This document shows positions 1-12,240 of a stretch of DNA of 64,000 bases, piece by piece. Each line of letters starts with the position of its first letter. Within the stretch, counting starts at the first letter, position 1. Below the pieces are notes generated by a model. The model made no database searches and was not told the DNA's origin. It saw only the letters and a list, made by a program, of their open reading frames with translations. The translations under genes were made by a program, and so were the position numbers. The DNA is from Mytilus californianus (Eukaryota), in NCBI RefSeq assembly GCF_021869535.1, contig NW_026262745.1, forward strand, positions 36,394,001 through 36,458,000, read 5' to 3'.

Positions 1-425
1 GGATTTCACTTTCGCAAAAAAACAGGACTGCCAGAGTACTACTATTGGAAGAAGGGATTTCACTGTCGCAAAAAAACAGGACTACCAGACTACTACTATT
101 GGAATAAGGGATTTCACTGTCGCAAAAAAAAAAACAGGACTACCAGAGTACTACTATCGGAAGAAGGGATTTCACTGTCGCAAAAAACAGGACTGCCAGA
201 GTACTACTATTAGACTGATAAGGGATTTTATTGTCGCAAAAACAGGACTACCAGACTACTACTATTGGAATAAAGGATTTCACTGTCGCAAAAAAACTGG
301 ACTACCAGAGTACTACTATCGGAAGAAGGGATTTCACTGTCGCAAAAAACAGGACTACCAGAGTACTCATTTCGGATATAGGAATTTTGTAGCAACAAAC
401 AGGAGAATTTGAGTACTACTGTTGG
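1..425. repeat. Tandem array of about 54-60 bp units, about 7 copies, beginning at the window edge
   Basis: Unit GGATTTCACTGTCGCAAAAA(A)nCAGGACTACCAGAGTACTACTATTGGAATAAG recurs from 1, 55, 109 and onward with a variable A-run; it degenerates after about 370. Confidence 0.95.
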
Positions 426-1703
426 ATTAGGAAATCCGTTTCATATTTAATTTTTGAGTCTCATTTAGCCAGGCATCTACTGGAAATGTCATTGATTTTT
501 GTAAATGAACAACCGAAAGTTTCACCGTGCTTAAGATGTATCTTTTGTATTTTTAAAGTTATGGTGTATTTATTCTTGAGATAACTTCTCTTGTGTGTGC
601 CACATCATTCTCTCAATTTTAGGCCAGTTTTTATACTGAAATTTTAATAAGACGCACAGCACCTATTCTTAGCGCTCATCTCTATGTTAATTTTTTTTTC
701 AATTTCAAGCATTTATGGGGGGTCTATATATACCGTTATTTACGCAGACCGTACTGGTTACCGGAATTTTGGATGTATCAAATCAGGTACTTCATATCTG
801 AGAAACAGTCAATAAATGGCCCCTTTCAGATTAATTTATACTTTTTTGTATTATTCAAAATTTTTAATCAAAAGGTGTTGTACAAGGATCACCAGTCCTT
901 CACCTTTCATTTGATACCTAAATAACCAAAATATATTCTACATAGTTTGATATTTACACCAATGCGTAGGAACTATTTTGTTTTAGATATGTACTACTTT
1001 TCAGTATGTTTTTTTTTTTTTACCGGGCCCGATTTGGCGGTGTTACATCTTGCAAAGTCTGCCCGAATAATTGCAGTTTGCAAAGAATCCCGCTCAAACC
1101 TGTGCTAGGGGCCGTCTTAAACTTGCAGTGAGGTGAGAGTTTTTTTGCTCCTTGTTGATGGCCTCACTGTGAATTTGAGATAAAGAACAGCAATGAAAGC
1201 GCTGTTCCTTTGCTTTTTGTGTGTTTTTGCTGTGTGGCATGTCCTGATTTTGTGTCATGGATAAATACCCCATATCCTTTGTTTTCCTATTAACCTAGGC
1301 TTGTCTTTAACTGTTACCCTCAGCCTGTGACTTTGGGAATGATTCATTAGGGGACAAAACGGCCTCATTTATTTGCAAAGCAATAAACGAAAAATAATAA
1401 TGATAAACAATTACCAATGACAATCACTGGTTTACAGGTTACTGACTCGGAGCAATCCATGCATACAGAATGTAGCTTGGTTAAACATATTTGTGAGCGC
1501 TCAACCCTTCTCTAACCTTAAACAGCCTCAGTGATGTAACAGCACAACATAAGAAACAAATGCAATGAGCAGTTAAAAATGGCTTGACTCATCAGATCTA
1601 CACAAAGCAAAAAAAAAAACAATTAGCAAATAGACAAAAGATATAAAGTCCCGATGTAAGAGTACTCGAGGTTACTTTAGGCTATTACAAAACCAGTTAC
1701 AAC

Positions 1704-1901
1704 CAGGGGCGGATCCAGCCATTCATAAAAGGGGCGGGGACATATAGTTGGAACAACCCCCCCCCCCCCCTTTATCCTGGGTAACCTAGCCCAGGATAAA
1801 AGGGGGGGGGGTTCCAACTATATGTCCCCATTCAAATGCATTGATCGTCAAAAAAAAGTGGGGGTTCCAACCCCCGGAATCCCCTCCTGGATCCGCCACT
1901 G
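1704..1901. mobile_element. MITE with CAGGGGCGGATCCAG / CTGGATCCGCCACTG TIRs, 5-bp TSD and a large internal hairpin
   Basis: 15-bp TIRs with 1 mismatch; ACAAC duplicated at 1699-1703 and 1902-1906; internal inverted repeat at 1736-1829. Confidence 0.85.
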
Positions 1902-2039
1902 ACAACTAATAAATAAATCGTGCTTTCCCAAACTTAAATACCAATTAGTACACATCCAACGCCCGATTTCATTGTAAAGTGGGCAAATTTATAAATAATT
2001 ATTTACAATGTATCTACTGATCTATTTTGAATGTTTAAG

Positions 2040-2210
2040 GAAGTCAGCTAAAGGTTGTATCCACCATGTCAGTAGGCTTAGAGCATATTGATATACCAGA
2101 ATGTCGTCGCCGTGGAATAGCTGTCGGGTATACCCCGGGGGTGCTGACAGAGACTACAGCAGAGTTAACACTTGCTTTGTTACTAGCTACTTCAAGGAGG
2201 ATTAAAGAAG
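2040..2210 (+). CDS. GRHPR: Glyoxylate reductase/hydroxypyruvate reductase, internal exon
   Basis: AG acceptor 2038-2039 and GTATG donor at 2211. Translates (G)SQLKVVSTMSVGLEHIDIPECRRRGIAVGYTPGVLTETTAELTLALLLATSRRIKE(G), matching the GRHPR motifs KVISTMSVG and GYTPDVLTDTTAEL. Phase 1 at both ends. Confidence 0.92.
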
Positions 2211-2621
2211 GTATGCATTTAATGTAATGAAATTGTTGTTTCCAGTTACAAACCCACATATGGTTGATGACCCCTTCTGTAGGCCTTTGTGTTACGAAAT
2301 TTTCAAAAGTCCAATAATATCAAAACAGTAAAAATACAGAACAAAAGTGACGTGCCATTTTGTACATATACCAAAGGGAAGCGTTGTTCAAGCAATACTG
2401 TTAAATATTTCATTGCATTTAATGGAAAATCGGGATTTGGTGGCAAATAAAGCTAAGATATTTACAAAAAAAACCACAGACTTTATCACAGAGATTTTCG
2501 TTATAAAATTGTTAACATAGATTACTCACTTGTTTGTCCATGTTGTGCTAGCATTTATTGTTTACAAAAAGTCCTAAACAAAGTCGAGCGCACCCTAGGA
2601 GGGTGTACTTGAATAAGTCCA

Positions 2622-2992
2622 TTTCATACGCCCGTTTTCGGGACGTATCATGGTATACCGTTGTCCGTCTGTCTGTCCGTCGTTAACATGTCGGACAATA
2701 ACTCAAAAAATCTTTAACCAATTTTCATGAAATTTTGGTGAATTGTTTATATCTATTGACGTAAGCCCCCTTTTCGATTTCTATAAATTTTAGATTTTAC
2801 GTTTCCAAGTTATGGGATTTTATTCATGAAAAGGGGGGATTTTCCAGTTTTCGGACAATAACTCAAAAATGCTTTGAGCAGTTTTCATGAAAGTTTGGCG
2901 ACTGGTTTATATATATTAAAATAAGCTCCCATTAGTTATGGAACTTTATTCAAAAGCGACGGGCGTATCATGCGCTCATGGCGCAGCTCTTT
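2622..2992 (+). mobile_element. Helentron-associated non-autonomous element (HINE/DINE-1-like)
   Basis: T-rich ends; 5' subterminal ATACGCCCGT with a local inverted partner; GTCC/GTCT microsatellite; about two 160-bp core repeats (CGGACAATAACTCAAAAA at about 2692 and 2852); 3' ACGGGCGTAT followed by hairpin TGCGC-TCATG-GCGCA. Confidence 0.8.
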
Positions 2993-3774
2993 ATTATACT
3001 TGCTATAACCGATATCTTTATTTGTATACTTGTTTTAGGGAAATCATTGCTAGCACTGCACGCAATAATCCTCTATCTATTAAGCATCGAATTGTCAAAT
3101 GTAGGAGTACAAGGGGAAAGGGTGGGGATTTTTATAAGATTTCCATAAGTTTAGCTTTGAAACAACAAAAAGGTATCTTATCCTTAATAGGAGCATTTAA
3201 GATATTAAACATAGATAAATGTTTTGTTTGTTGGACGAATAAGAACTTGACAGTATATGTTGAAATCTTTATGTAAACCTCTAGGTGTCTCTTTGTTTGT
3301 GTCAGTTGGTTGCTGTCACATTGACGTTTGTCCCAGATATATCCTTTTATTTTACACTATTACTATAATAGTAAGATCTGTATGATTGACAGATAAAGTA
3401 CAAAATAATTACATATAGTTCTAATATCAATTTATAATATTTTAGTCATTAGTCACTTTCATTGAGAATTTACAACTGCACTTTAAGCAAGCAACACTCA
3501 ATCAATCATTCAGAAATCTGCGAACAAAGTTTAAGATGTATTTTTCGTATCTTCAATGTATAAAGCATATTCTGTGCATCGGAAATACACATTCTTTTCA
3601 CGAAGATAAGAAAACCAAATCTGTTAGGTTTGTTTAAAAGTTTATTTTACATTTGTTAATGCTTAAAATGTACATAAGATATACACTTACAATCGTATAT
3701 ACATGTAAATAACTTATGGGTTGGGAAATAAATCTTATTTCATCTTACTATGTCAATTCGTCTCTCCTAAGTCG

Positions 3775-3898
3775 TTTGTTTGTTTATTTGTTTGTTTGAT
3801 AGTGTTAAAACGCAATTTTCTTCTAACTTAGATGTTTCGTGATGGTCAATTTGTGTTCTTGGAGGAAGCCGGAGAAAACCATCTCAAAGTTGACAGGC
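3775..3898 (-). mobile_element. SINE-like fragment with (CAAA)n tail
   Basis: TTTG-type tail next to GGAGGAAGCCGGAGAAAACC, which resembles the core of a common bivalve SINE; degenerate and recognised from memory. Confidence 0.4.
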
Positions 3899-3925
3899 TA
3901 GTGATCACTGCAGCTAAACTTCTTT

Positions 3926-4053
3926 GACCAATCGGTATCTGTGGCCCCTCTTTTAAAGACCAATCGGCATCTGAGGCCCCTCTCTAAAAGACCAATCGGC
4001 ATCTGAGGCCCATTTCTAAAAGACTAATTGGCATCTGAGGCCCCTCTCTAAAG
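3926..4053. repeat. 32-bp minisatellite, 4 copies, in the GRHPR intron
   Basis: GACCAATCGGCATCTGAGGCCCCTCTCTAAAA starts at 3926, 3958, 3990 and 4022. Confidence 0.95.
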
Positions 4054-4782
4054 GATTGAAATTTATATTGAAAACTATCGTTGCATGATGTCTGTCAAAT
4101 TTCGTTCAGTTGAAAGTAACACCTTACCAATCTCCACACATTCAAATTTGTATGGCCAATGCTGAAGTTTATAGACATGAAGAATAGAACAATGGTAAAT
4201 AAGACCGTAACCTAATAGAATTATTAAAAAATAATATCTGGAGGTCTTTATTATATGGCCATTAACAATTAGCACCTATCGGGAATTCTGAATCTAGTCG
4301 AGTACATTTTTAGTAGACGAATCCTATTTAAATTTCATTATTAGGAGATTAATCCTGGTCAGAATACATTATTAGAAAATCAATCCTATTCAAAATCCGT
4401 TATTACTAGATGATTCATATAAATCAAAATAATTATTAGAAGATGAATCCAAGTCAGAACAAATTATTAGACTAGATGAATACTAGCCCAAATTTGAAAA
4501 AATAAGCTTGTGAGGACAAGTTTCTTGTTTCTTTTTCTTTTTTAAACAAGAAGAAATGCGTGTTACGTGCAATCAATGCAAATTCATTTAGATTTCAAAA
4601 AGTAAGTCAAAATGAATTCCAGACTTGTTGATTGAAACACGATACCCGTATGTGCCTTGTGGGCAATTCAAAAAGTGTACTTGTAGCTAACAAAAACAAA
4701 TTTTATGTATGTCTGAATGTGAAACTTTGCAAGGCGAGACATCATTTAATGTTTTTAAACATTAGTATTTTATATAATTTAG

Positions 4783-5381
4783 GGTTTAAAGCTGTAGAAA
4801 AAGGAATGGTGGGATGGCAAAATGGTCACTGGCTTTGTGGGAAACAGATAAATGGTTGTACAGTCGGGATCGTCGGTTTAGGCAGGATCGGTTTAGCTGT
4901 TGCTAAGAGACTACAGCCATTTGGTGTTGCTAAGTTTCTATATAGTGGCCATTCCGAAAAGCCTGGAGGAGCGGAGATTGGTGCTACATTTGTTTCCTTT
5001 GATGAGCTGCTTCGAAAATCAGACTTTGTGGTAGCATGTTGTTCAATGAACGAAGAAAACAAAGGTCTTTTCAACAAAGGTGCATTTTCAAAAATGAAAT
5101 CGGATGCAATATTTATAAATTCCTCGCGTGGTGTACTTGTCAATCAAGAAGATCTCTATGATGCTTTGAAATCTGGTCAGATAATGGCCGCTGGCCTCGA
5201 TGTGACTTCACCAGAACCACTTCCTGTTGATCATCCATTGAAAACTTTAGATAACTGTGTTATTTTTCCACATTTAGGTAGTGCAACGACTGATACCAGA
5301 AATGTCATGGCAGTCACTGCTGCTAAAAATGCTATTGCTGGATTCAAGGGACAAACTTTGCCTTCACCGATACCGCTGTAG
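4783..5381 (+). CDS. GRHPR: Glyoxylate reductase/hydroxypyruvate reductase, large terminal exon
   Basis: AG acceptor 4781-4782; joins the phase-1 exon ending at 2210 in frame (IKE-G-FKAVEKG). Contains the Rossmann motif TVGIVGLGRIG, FINSSRG, AGLDVTSPEPL and HLGSAT; stop TAG at 5379-5381. The ORF-track N-terminus (4632-4782) is intronic. Confidence 0.95.
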
Positions 5382-6074
5382 TTCGAGTACAACAGGGAAA
5401 CATCATTTTCATTACAAATTGCAATAGACATATTTTGCCTTTAACATCGTAGCAAATGGGATTATTTTTTTTGGGAAAATCAAGGAAAAAAGGGCATTAT
5501 TCATCTTCAGTTGTCATGGTATTGAATAATTTCAATCAGTATTGTAAAAAGGGTGTCGATTTTTTTTGTAAAATGTATAGATCATAAACACACTGACAGA
5601 TGTCTCATTTCAAGATTCCTCTAAAAACAGTTAATGATGTAAAACGTTTTAAAAAACAGGATATAATAATCCTGCCTTAAACTGAGGTGACACAGAACTT
5701 GCTATAATTTGTAACGCCTTTTTCGATAAGATTTTTTTCGGAGGGTGGCTTATGGTAAGATTGTAATATTGTAGATTGGATAAAAGCAAAGATTACAAAA
5801 GATGTAGGTGTTTCATTTTTATATGCAATTGTCTTGAAATTAATGTTAGAATATAATATAGGTGCTATATTCAGAATAAAAACAATAAGAAATCTTAATT
5901 GTTAATTGTGTACTGTCCAAGAACAAAAATAATAAGAAATCTTAAAATTGTACTGTCCAGATTTACAAAAGGCATGGTCATAAAAGAGAACAGATAACAG
6001 GAATAGAATTGAATGAGAAGAAGGGGTTATTAATTCAGTCACCACTCGTCTAACACGGTACTTGTCTCCCCATT

Positions 6075-7780
6075 TTTGTCTCTTGTCGACGAAGTAAAAA
6101 AAGCGAGACTTAGACGTGTTGTTTCCGGCGGTGGCGTCGGCGGCGTCAACAATGTATTAGTTTGTAATTTAGTCAGTTTATGGCAAACCACTAGTGGAGG
6201 TCAATGATATGTGGTATTCAGTTGTATTAGCATTGGAACATCTCGTGGAGAATATTTAGCCCTGGTCTATTGACTTTGAAACTTTTGCTTATTTTACACG
6301 TATTAGTTTGTTGTTAGGTCAGTTTAAGGGGAACCATTAGTGGTAGCTCAATGATATTTTATATGCAGATGTATGAGCATTAGCACATCTAATTTCCATG
6401 GAGAATATTTGGCCCTGGTCTATTGACTTTGGAACTTTTGCTTATTTTACACGTATTAGTTAGTGGTTAGGTCAGTTTAAGGGGAACCATTAGTGGTAGC
6501 TCAATGATATTTTATATGCAGATGTATGAGCATTAGCACATCTCATTTCCATGAGGTTTGTTTGGCCCCGCCCCCTCAGTCATGGTATATTGACCTTGAA
6601 TGTTTTGCATAGTTTATACCCCCATCACATTAGTACGACCTCAGAAATTGTGAAAAATTTTGGAAGTCGTGGTTAGATCATGGTGGTCGTAGTAAGGACG
6701 TGCCAAGGTCTACATGATCGTGAAGGTCCACGACCAATTTGAACATGATCAAAAAATTCGTAGTGTAGTCGTGGCCAAAACTATTCGTAGTAGAAGCGTA
6801 GGAAGGTCGTAGTAAGGACGTAGAAGGATTGGGATTGGCGTTGACGCATCGTATTGGAAACTTGATGCAATCGGAATGCCAATGGAAAAGATTTCGATGC
6901 GACCTAACTACGATTTCACTGCGACTATCCCGATTTCACTACGTCTTTATTACGCTTCTACTACGAAATTGATACGATTATACTACGATGGGGAAGACAG
7001 TAGTACGCTGCTACTACGCGCTTATCGTCCTTAATACAACCTTACTACGATACTGCTACGTCCTAACCACGATAATTGCACGACCTCATTCTATTGATAT
7101 AAAAAAAAACGGATGCAATAACTTCTACCTGTGTTTTTGATACCTTTGGCGGCATGTTTTCTCAAGGAAACTGGTGTGTACAATGGGAAAGCCAATGTAT
7201 TTATAGGGGCGAAGAGCGCAGTGACAACATAGTGGAAACGTAGTGGAGTCGTGGTTAGATCGTAGTAGAATCGTATTGAGATCGTAATGCGATCGGGAAG
7301 GTCTTTGTAGAAGCATACAGAGATCGCGTAAGTCGTGATAAGATCAAATTATGCGTAGCAAGAGCGTAACAATATCGTAGCTAGAATATGTTACTATCGT
7401 AGCGGAATCGTAGCAGGATCTTATCAGGATCCTAGCAAAGTCGTGTTATGAATATGAAAACTATGAAATTTTTAATATATATTCAAGCCGACAATACCAC
7501 GATCTCACCGCGATCTTTTTTTATATAGATCATAGTGGATTCTTCATGGTCTTAGTCTAGTGTGACGGGGGGGATTTACATGTTAAAGTTTGTGATAAGA
7601 TCAGTTTAAGATGAACCATGTTCCATGGATGTTATATGGCTTTGCTCCTTCAGTCGTGATTCTCAGACTTTGAATGATTTCCATAGTTTACATGTTTAAA
7701 TATTGCCATTTTAATTTCAACTTTTGCATTATACTATCAAAATTACAAAACGCCAGACATATCTCTGTGTCAACAGTTTA
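6075..7780 (+). mobile_element. HINE-like element with about 145-150 bp core repeats, interrupted by a nested TIR element
   Basis: 5' TTTTTGTCTCTTGTCGAC...GCGAGAC followed by GGCGGTGGCGTCGGCGGCG; three core units near 6156, 6301 and 6453; 3' ACGCCAGACATATCTCTGTG. Confidence 0.65.
6617..7574. mobile_element. Non-autonomous TIR DNA element rich in GTCGTAG/CTACGA motifs
   Basis: Imperfect TIRs CCCCCATCACATTAGTACGACC / GGTCTTAGTCTAGTGTGACGGGGG; TTTA duplicated on both sides; removing it restores the host core CATAGTTTACATGTTAAAG. Confidence 0.7.
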
Positions 7781-8789
7781 TATATTTTTTGTGTATTTTA
7801 TTTACACTTTATATATAATGTAACATGTTCTGCTTGCGAGAAATATATTTAAGGAACTATGTTTTATAATCAATGAAAGTCAATGGAACAGGTACATATT
7901 TGTTTAGCAAAATCAAATCCTAAAAAAACTTCGAATTTGATATGTTTCAAAGGAATGGTCTGCTTTGCTAGCATCGTGCTATTCGAACAAAATGTATGAT
8001 GCCTATTTGCGTGATCACGACTCCTGTTTTCCTAATGCCTTTCTTCGGTAAGTTCGAGGCCAAAAGTTTCGTAGGTCTTTGGTGACGCGCATTCGCGAAG
8101 GAAGAGACTTTATAAGGAAGAGACTTTATACTAACCGAAGCTTTGCGATTCAAGCGAGATAACTCAAAAAGTTTTAAATTACGGTATGGGTTTTGCTTAT
8201 TGAAGGCCGTACGGTTACCTATCATTGAAATGCTTAAATCCACACCATTTGGATGGATGGATGGATTGATGGTTCTTTAACGTCCATTGGTAAGTTGAAT
8301 GTTATTCAGGACGAGAACATGTTAATCTGATATAAATATGAGCCCTGTTTTGTACTGGACCGACATGTTAGGCTGGATTTTTAACATGCTAGTTCATGGT
8401 AAAGGTAAAAGTTCAATGTAACAATCCAGTCTAAAGGAAGACACTTCACCTTACCCACAGGTACAATATAAAAATAAGGAGATGAAGTATGATTGCCAAT
8501 GAGACAACTATCCACCAAAGTTGAAATAAAGTGGATGTAAGCAATTATAGACAACCACACGGCCTTCGACAATCAGAAAAAACCCATTCTCTAACTTTAG
8601 TTTGCCTCAACCAAATGTTATGAAACTTAAACACAACGCTTATAATCAAAAAACGGTTTTAACTACGTGAATCCTGCATCTGTATGTGGAAGATGACTCA
8701 TGCATATTTACATGCGGGGGCATCTGTGGCCCATAGACACATTCTCCATTTATATAAATCTCGCCTCGTACCTGTCACCTTAATTGGAC

Positions 8790-8959
8790 ACATTTTACTG
8801 GGCCAACCAGTATTTGACTTTATTCCCTGATGCCGATTTCTTGGCGGAGAATGAGCAAATACCATTTTTTAAGTCTTTGGGTTGACCTGTCCAAGGACCG
8901 ATTCCACGACCTCCGGGACTCGGCGTCGATCACACTACCACGAGACCACCAAGGCGGTC
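8790..8959 (-). mobile_element. tRNA-derived SINE (5' half)
   Basis: The minus strand reads GACCGCCTTGGTGGTCTCGTGGTAG... (A-box-like), GGTCGTGGAATCGGTCC (degenerate B-box), then GGTCAACCCAAAGACTTAAAAAATGGTATTTGC, resembling a Meta-type central domain (from memory). Confidence 0.6.
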
Positions 8960-9149
8960 CATGTCATTTGGACTCTGGTAAATAGCTGTCACAATTGGCA
9001 ATCATACCACTTCTCCTAATTTGTTATTAATGAGAATGAAAGTCATAACTTTTTTTTTTTTTGTACATATTTTTGTTTCTTATCATGATTTCCTTGATTA
9101 GTAGTTTTCTGGTAGCAGGAGAATTATTGAACTGTGGGGTTCTTACTGA

Positions 9150-9240
9150 TAAAGTCATCTCTTCTATAAAGTTTTACGACACCGTGATGGTTTCGTTGAC
9201 CGTTATGGAGTAACTGTGACCACGAATATGTTCACATTGT
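9150..9240 (+). mobile_element. Highly degraded Penelope-like RT C-terminal remnant
   Basis: With frameshifts it reads KSSL-KFY--RDGFVDRYGVTV, like the PLE C-terminal motif KSSLRKFYGRHHDLVDRYG. Confidence 0.4.
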
Positions 9241-10352
9241 GCTACCAATATTCCATCCTCGTTTTATCGTTTGTGTCATCACCGAATACGACTAATCACC
9301 GGATTAGAACTTGTCACGAGCATACAAATGATTCCATGAACTTGTAGCTGGAACTGCTTACCAACCAGGGCAGCTGAGCTCATTCCGATTTTTAAGGGTT
9401 AGTGCTTGAAGGACTAATGTTTCTTAGTTTTTTCATCTTTTGTCTATGGTGTTGTTTGTTTTTCTTCAACTTGTGGGTTTTTTATTACCCCTTGCACAAA
9501 CGGTTGGGTACAGGATGTCGACATGGTTTTATTTAGAATGGATAGTAAAATAAGGGACTGTGTCAGAGTTTATAATTTCGGTATTAAGCAGGTGAGACGA
9601 GCTCAGGAGGGTTTGGTATGAGGTGTAAAGCTAAAACATGTATATTTAGGGCGAACAATGATGAATACGATTTGAGATAGATTATTTGGAGGGCCTGATT
9701 ATTCGGGTTACAATTAACTGTAAAGATAAAGATTATAAACATTGCTTTTCATCATATTGGCTATCTTTTACAATATAACAAGAGAAGCGACATAACTTAT
9801 ACTCTAACTAAGAATTGAACTTGTCAGACTTGCATATTATGCATTTGTAATCAGTGGTGGAATATGTTTTTATATCTCCCCTTTACTTTGGTGATTGCCT
9901 TATAAGCCCAAATACCTCTAATATTTTGCAAACTCTTATCTAATGATGAATATTTTAAAACAAATTAATCTAACAACAACATCAACAAATGGATATTTAC
10001 AAAAATGACTTTCCACTTTGGGGGTAGGGAAACAGAAAACGAAAAATATTTAAGTAATTTCTTTCAGTCAAAGATCGAAAATTTGTAACAGGACCTTAGA
10101 AAAAGGAAAAGGGAGTTTTAAGGTATACCGGGTGTCTTTCGCCATCTGGGATTATAAAATACAATGTACCTAGAATAAAAAAAACGGTATAGATCTTTTA
10201 TGAAATATGCAAATTTTGAAAGAGGAATGCAATTAATTTGAAAGACTTCTCGTCTAAATGAAGAAAAGTGTGTGTTTTTTTCTTGTTATAACGTTTTTAT
10301 TTTTACAAAAACGGGATATTTTTGTTTGATTCAATTATTGTTCAACTCACTC

Positions 10353-10667
10353 AGCGCCAACTCGTTCGTTATGCCCGTGTGTGTAGTAATGTCATAGATT
10401 TTAACGAACGTTATCAATGCATCACCGGTAAATTATTAAAAGTCAGGGATTTCGTTACCATAAATTTCTTAAAACTTTTACTAAATTCTTTCATAGATAC
10501 AAAAATTTGATTAGAAAATTTGGCTGTACCTGTAGAAAACTTATTAAAAACGGTATTTCACATCCTAAATTTTACGGTAATATTGTACCAGAGACATATA
10601 TACGTCTCTGATTGTACTAAAAGCACGGAAATCACTATGTTATCCGTGTACACTCATCGAACCTACT
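10353..10667 (+). mobile_element. Penelope-like retroelement RT C-terminal (thumb) fragment
   Basis: QLVRYARVCSNVIDFNERYQCITGKLL, then after one frameshift SQGFRYHKFLKTFTKFFHRYKNLIRKFGCTCRKLIKNGISHPKFYGNIV[insert]LKARKS; homologous to the peptide at 29464-29778. Confidence 0.85.
10589..10610. mobile_element. 22-bp palindromic micro-insertion with 7-bp TSD
   Basis: CAGAGAC-ATATATAC-GTCTCTG flanked by ATTGTAC at 10582-10588 and 10611-10617; removing the insert plus one TSD restores the PLE frame (GNIVLKARK). Confidence 0.85.
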
Positions 10668-11527
10668 CTTGTTTTTGACTTTTTGTCAGATATTCGGAAT
10701 CCTCTAGTTTTATCCATGTAGTGCCAATAAAAATTTTGCCTGCTAACCACTACTTTTCTTTTTATAATTTTATAACTTATAGTTTTTAAAGGCCATTTTT
10801 GAAAATCTTATAAAATCCTTGTTATTTTTTCATAGTTTTTGAGAGAGAATAAAAGGCGATGATAAATGTATGAAAAGTCTAGAGAGAATCATTTCCCGCC
10901 AAATTTTCAAATGATTATATCTTAAAAACAAGGAGACACGGACCTATAATTGTTTTTCTGCTTTTAAAGTACCGTTATTTATAAACTATCAATTTATAAT
11001 GGTCTTTTAAAAAGCTTGTTATTTTGAGACAGAGGAGCAAACATCCTTAAACAAACTTATTAGTAAAGGTTATCTTACCAATGTTAGATCTTTGAATATA
11101 GTTTACATTGGCACAAATATCGATTTTGTCATCAGCAAATTAAAACATAACTAAACTTTATTCTTTTCAAACGGTTTTTGGGGATGTATAAATGCACATC
11201 TACGTTCATTTTCTATATAGAGATTACTCTATCTATATTATACAATAACTATTTTTTGATGCGGTTAATATTGTAATTTATTCCATATTGGTATTATTTT
11301 AGTAGGTTTCTCTAAATTAATTGGATTTTGAATAAAAAAAGGTATATTCACCTGGAGAAAAGTGTTATTCACAGCGCGAAACGTCACGCGCTTTTACATG
11401 TAACGTTATGGTAAAATGTTTGATGTACAATTGGCTTTAGTAAATATTTGTCATTAAAAACATTGTTTTCTTTCGGAATATGGAATAAAACAATTCCTGT
11501 CTTTTGTTTCGGTAAATATGTGGTTTA

Positions 11528-11588
11528 ATTGACTTTTGAAAAACTGATATTCACTTCGGCCGTGAATATCAGTTTTTCAAAAGTCAAT
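11528..11588. repeat. Perfect 27-bp inverted repeat (7-nt loop) near the end of an AT-rich element
   Basis: ATTGACTTTTGAAAAACTGATATTCAC-TTCGGCC-GTGAATATCAGTTTTTCAAAAGTCAAT. Confidence 0.9.
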
Positions 11589-12240
11589 AAAACCGTTTAT
11601 ACATATTTATTAACAGGTTAACTCCTAACTATTCTTCTGCCTGTCGATACTTTTATTTTGGCATTGCACAAGTAATGTCTTCTTTGACTGTCCATGACGT
11701 TAAAACACTAAATCCCTGGGATGTGTTTTAGTTGATTTTAGTCTCTGGTGCATGATTTTTATTATTAATTGTTTTTGGCTTTTAACTAGCTTTCAGTAAC
11801 TGCGAGTACTTTCAAATCTCACTTTCGTGTTAATTTGACCTGTTGATACAATTTGTTATGTATTTTTGTTATTTAATGTTTACTTATTTAGTGTTATATC
11901 TCGTCTCACTATTTTTAATATATACCACCTTTCACAAGTGTTTAGTATGACCATGGAAGTAATATTTAAATTCAATATTACTTCCATGGTATGACGATAA
12001 ATTTTCACTTTTGTTCTCGTACTAGGAACAACAAAATTATTTATTTGGTAAAAATTATTTCCGTGCTCCATTTATACCTTAACACAAAATTATTTTTTAT
12101 TTACTTGTGTACGTTATTTTATTTGGCGGCATTTTGTCCAAGGTTATGATTGTCTTTCTGATATATTTTTTACATCTAACCCCCTTGTTTTATGAATTTT
12201 GTATTTACATTGTGTCATAGATCAAATTTATTCGTTCAGT

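Larger units (their letters stand above)
10118..12082. mobile_element. Possible TTAA-bounded (Kolobok-like) non-autonomous element hosting nested inserts
   Basis: TTAA-GGTATA at 10118 and TATACC-TTAA ending at 12082; the matching terminal stretch is only about 6 bp. Confidence 0.3.

Noticed and set aside
4632-4782. N-terminal 50 aa of the 249-aa ORF
   Set aside because: Intronic read-through upstream of the AG acceptor at 4781-4782; no GRHPR similarity.
4826-5431. Minus-strand ORFs of 105 aa and 66 aa
   Set aside because: Antisense shadows of the GRHPR exon.
7968-8243. 91-aa minus ORF in a GC-richer patch
   Set aside because: No recognisable domain; at most a very eroded retroelement scrap on the plus strand.
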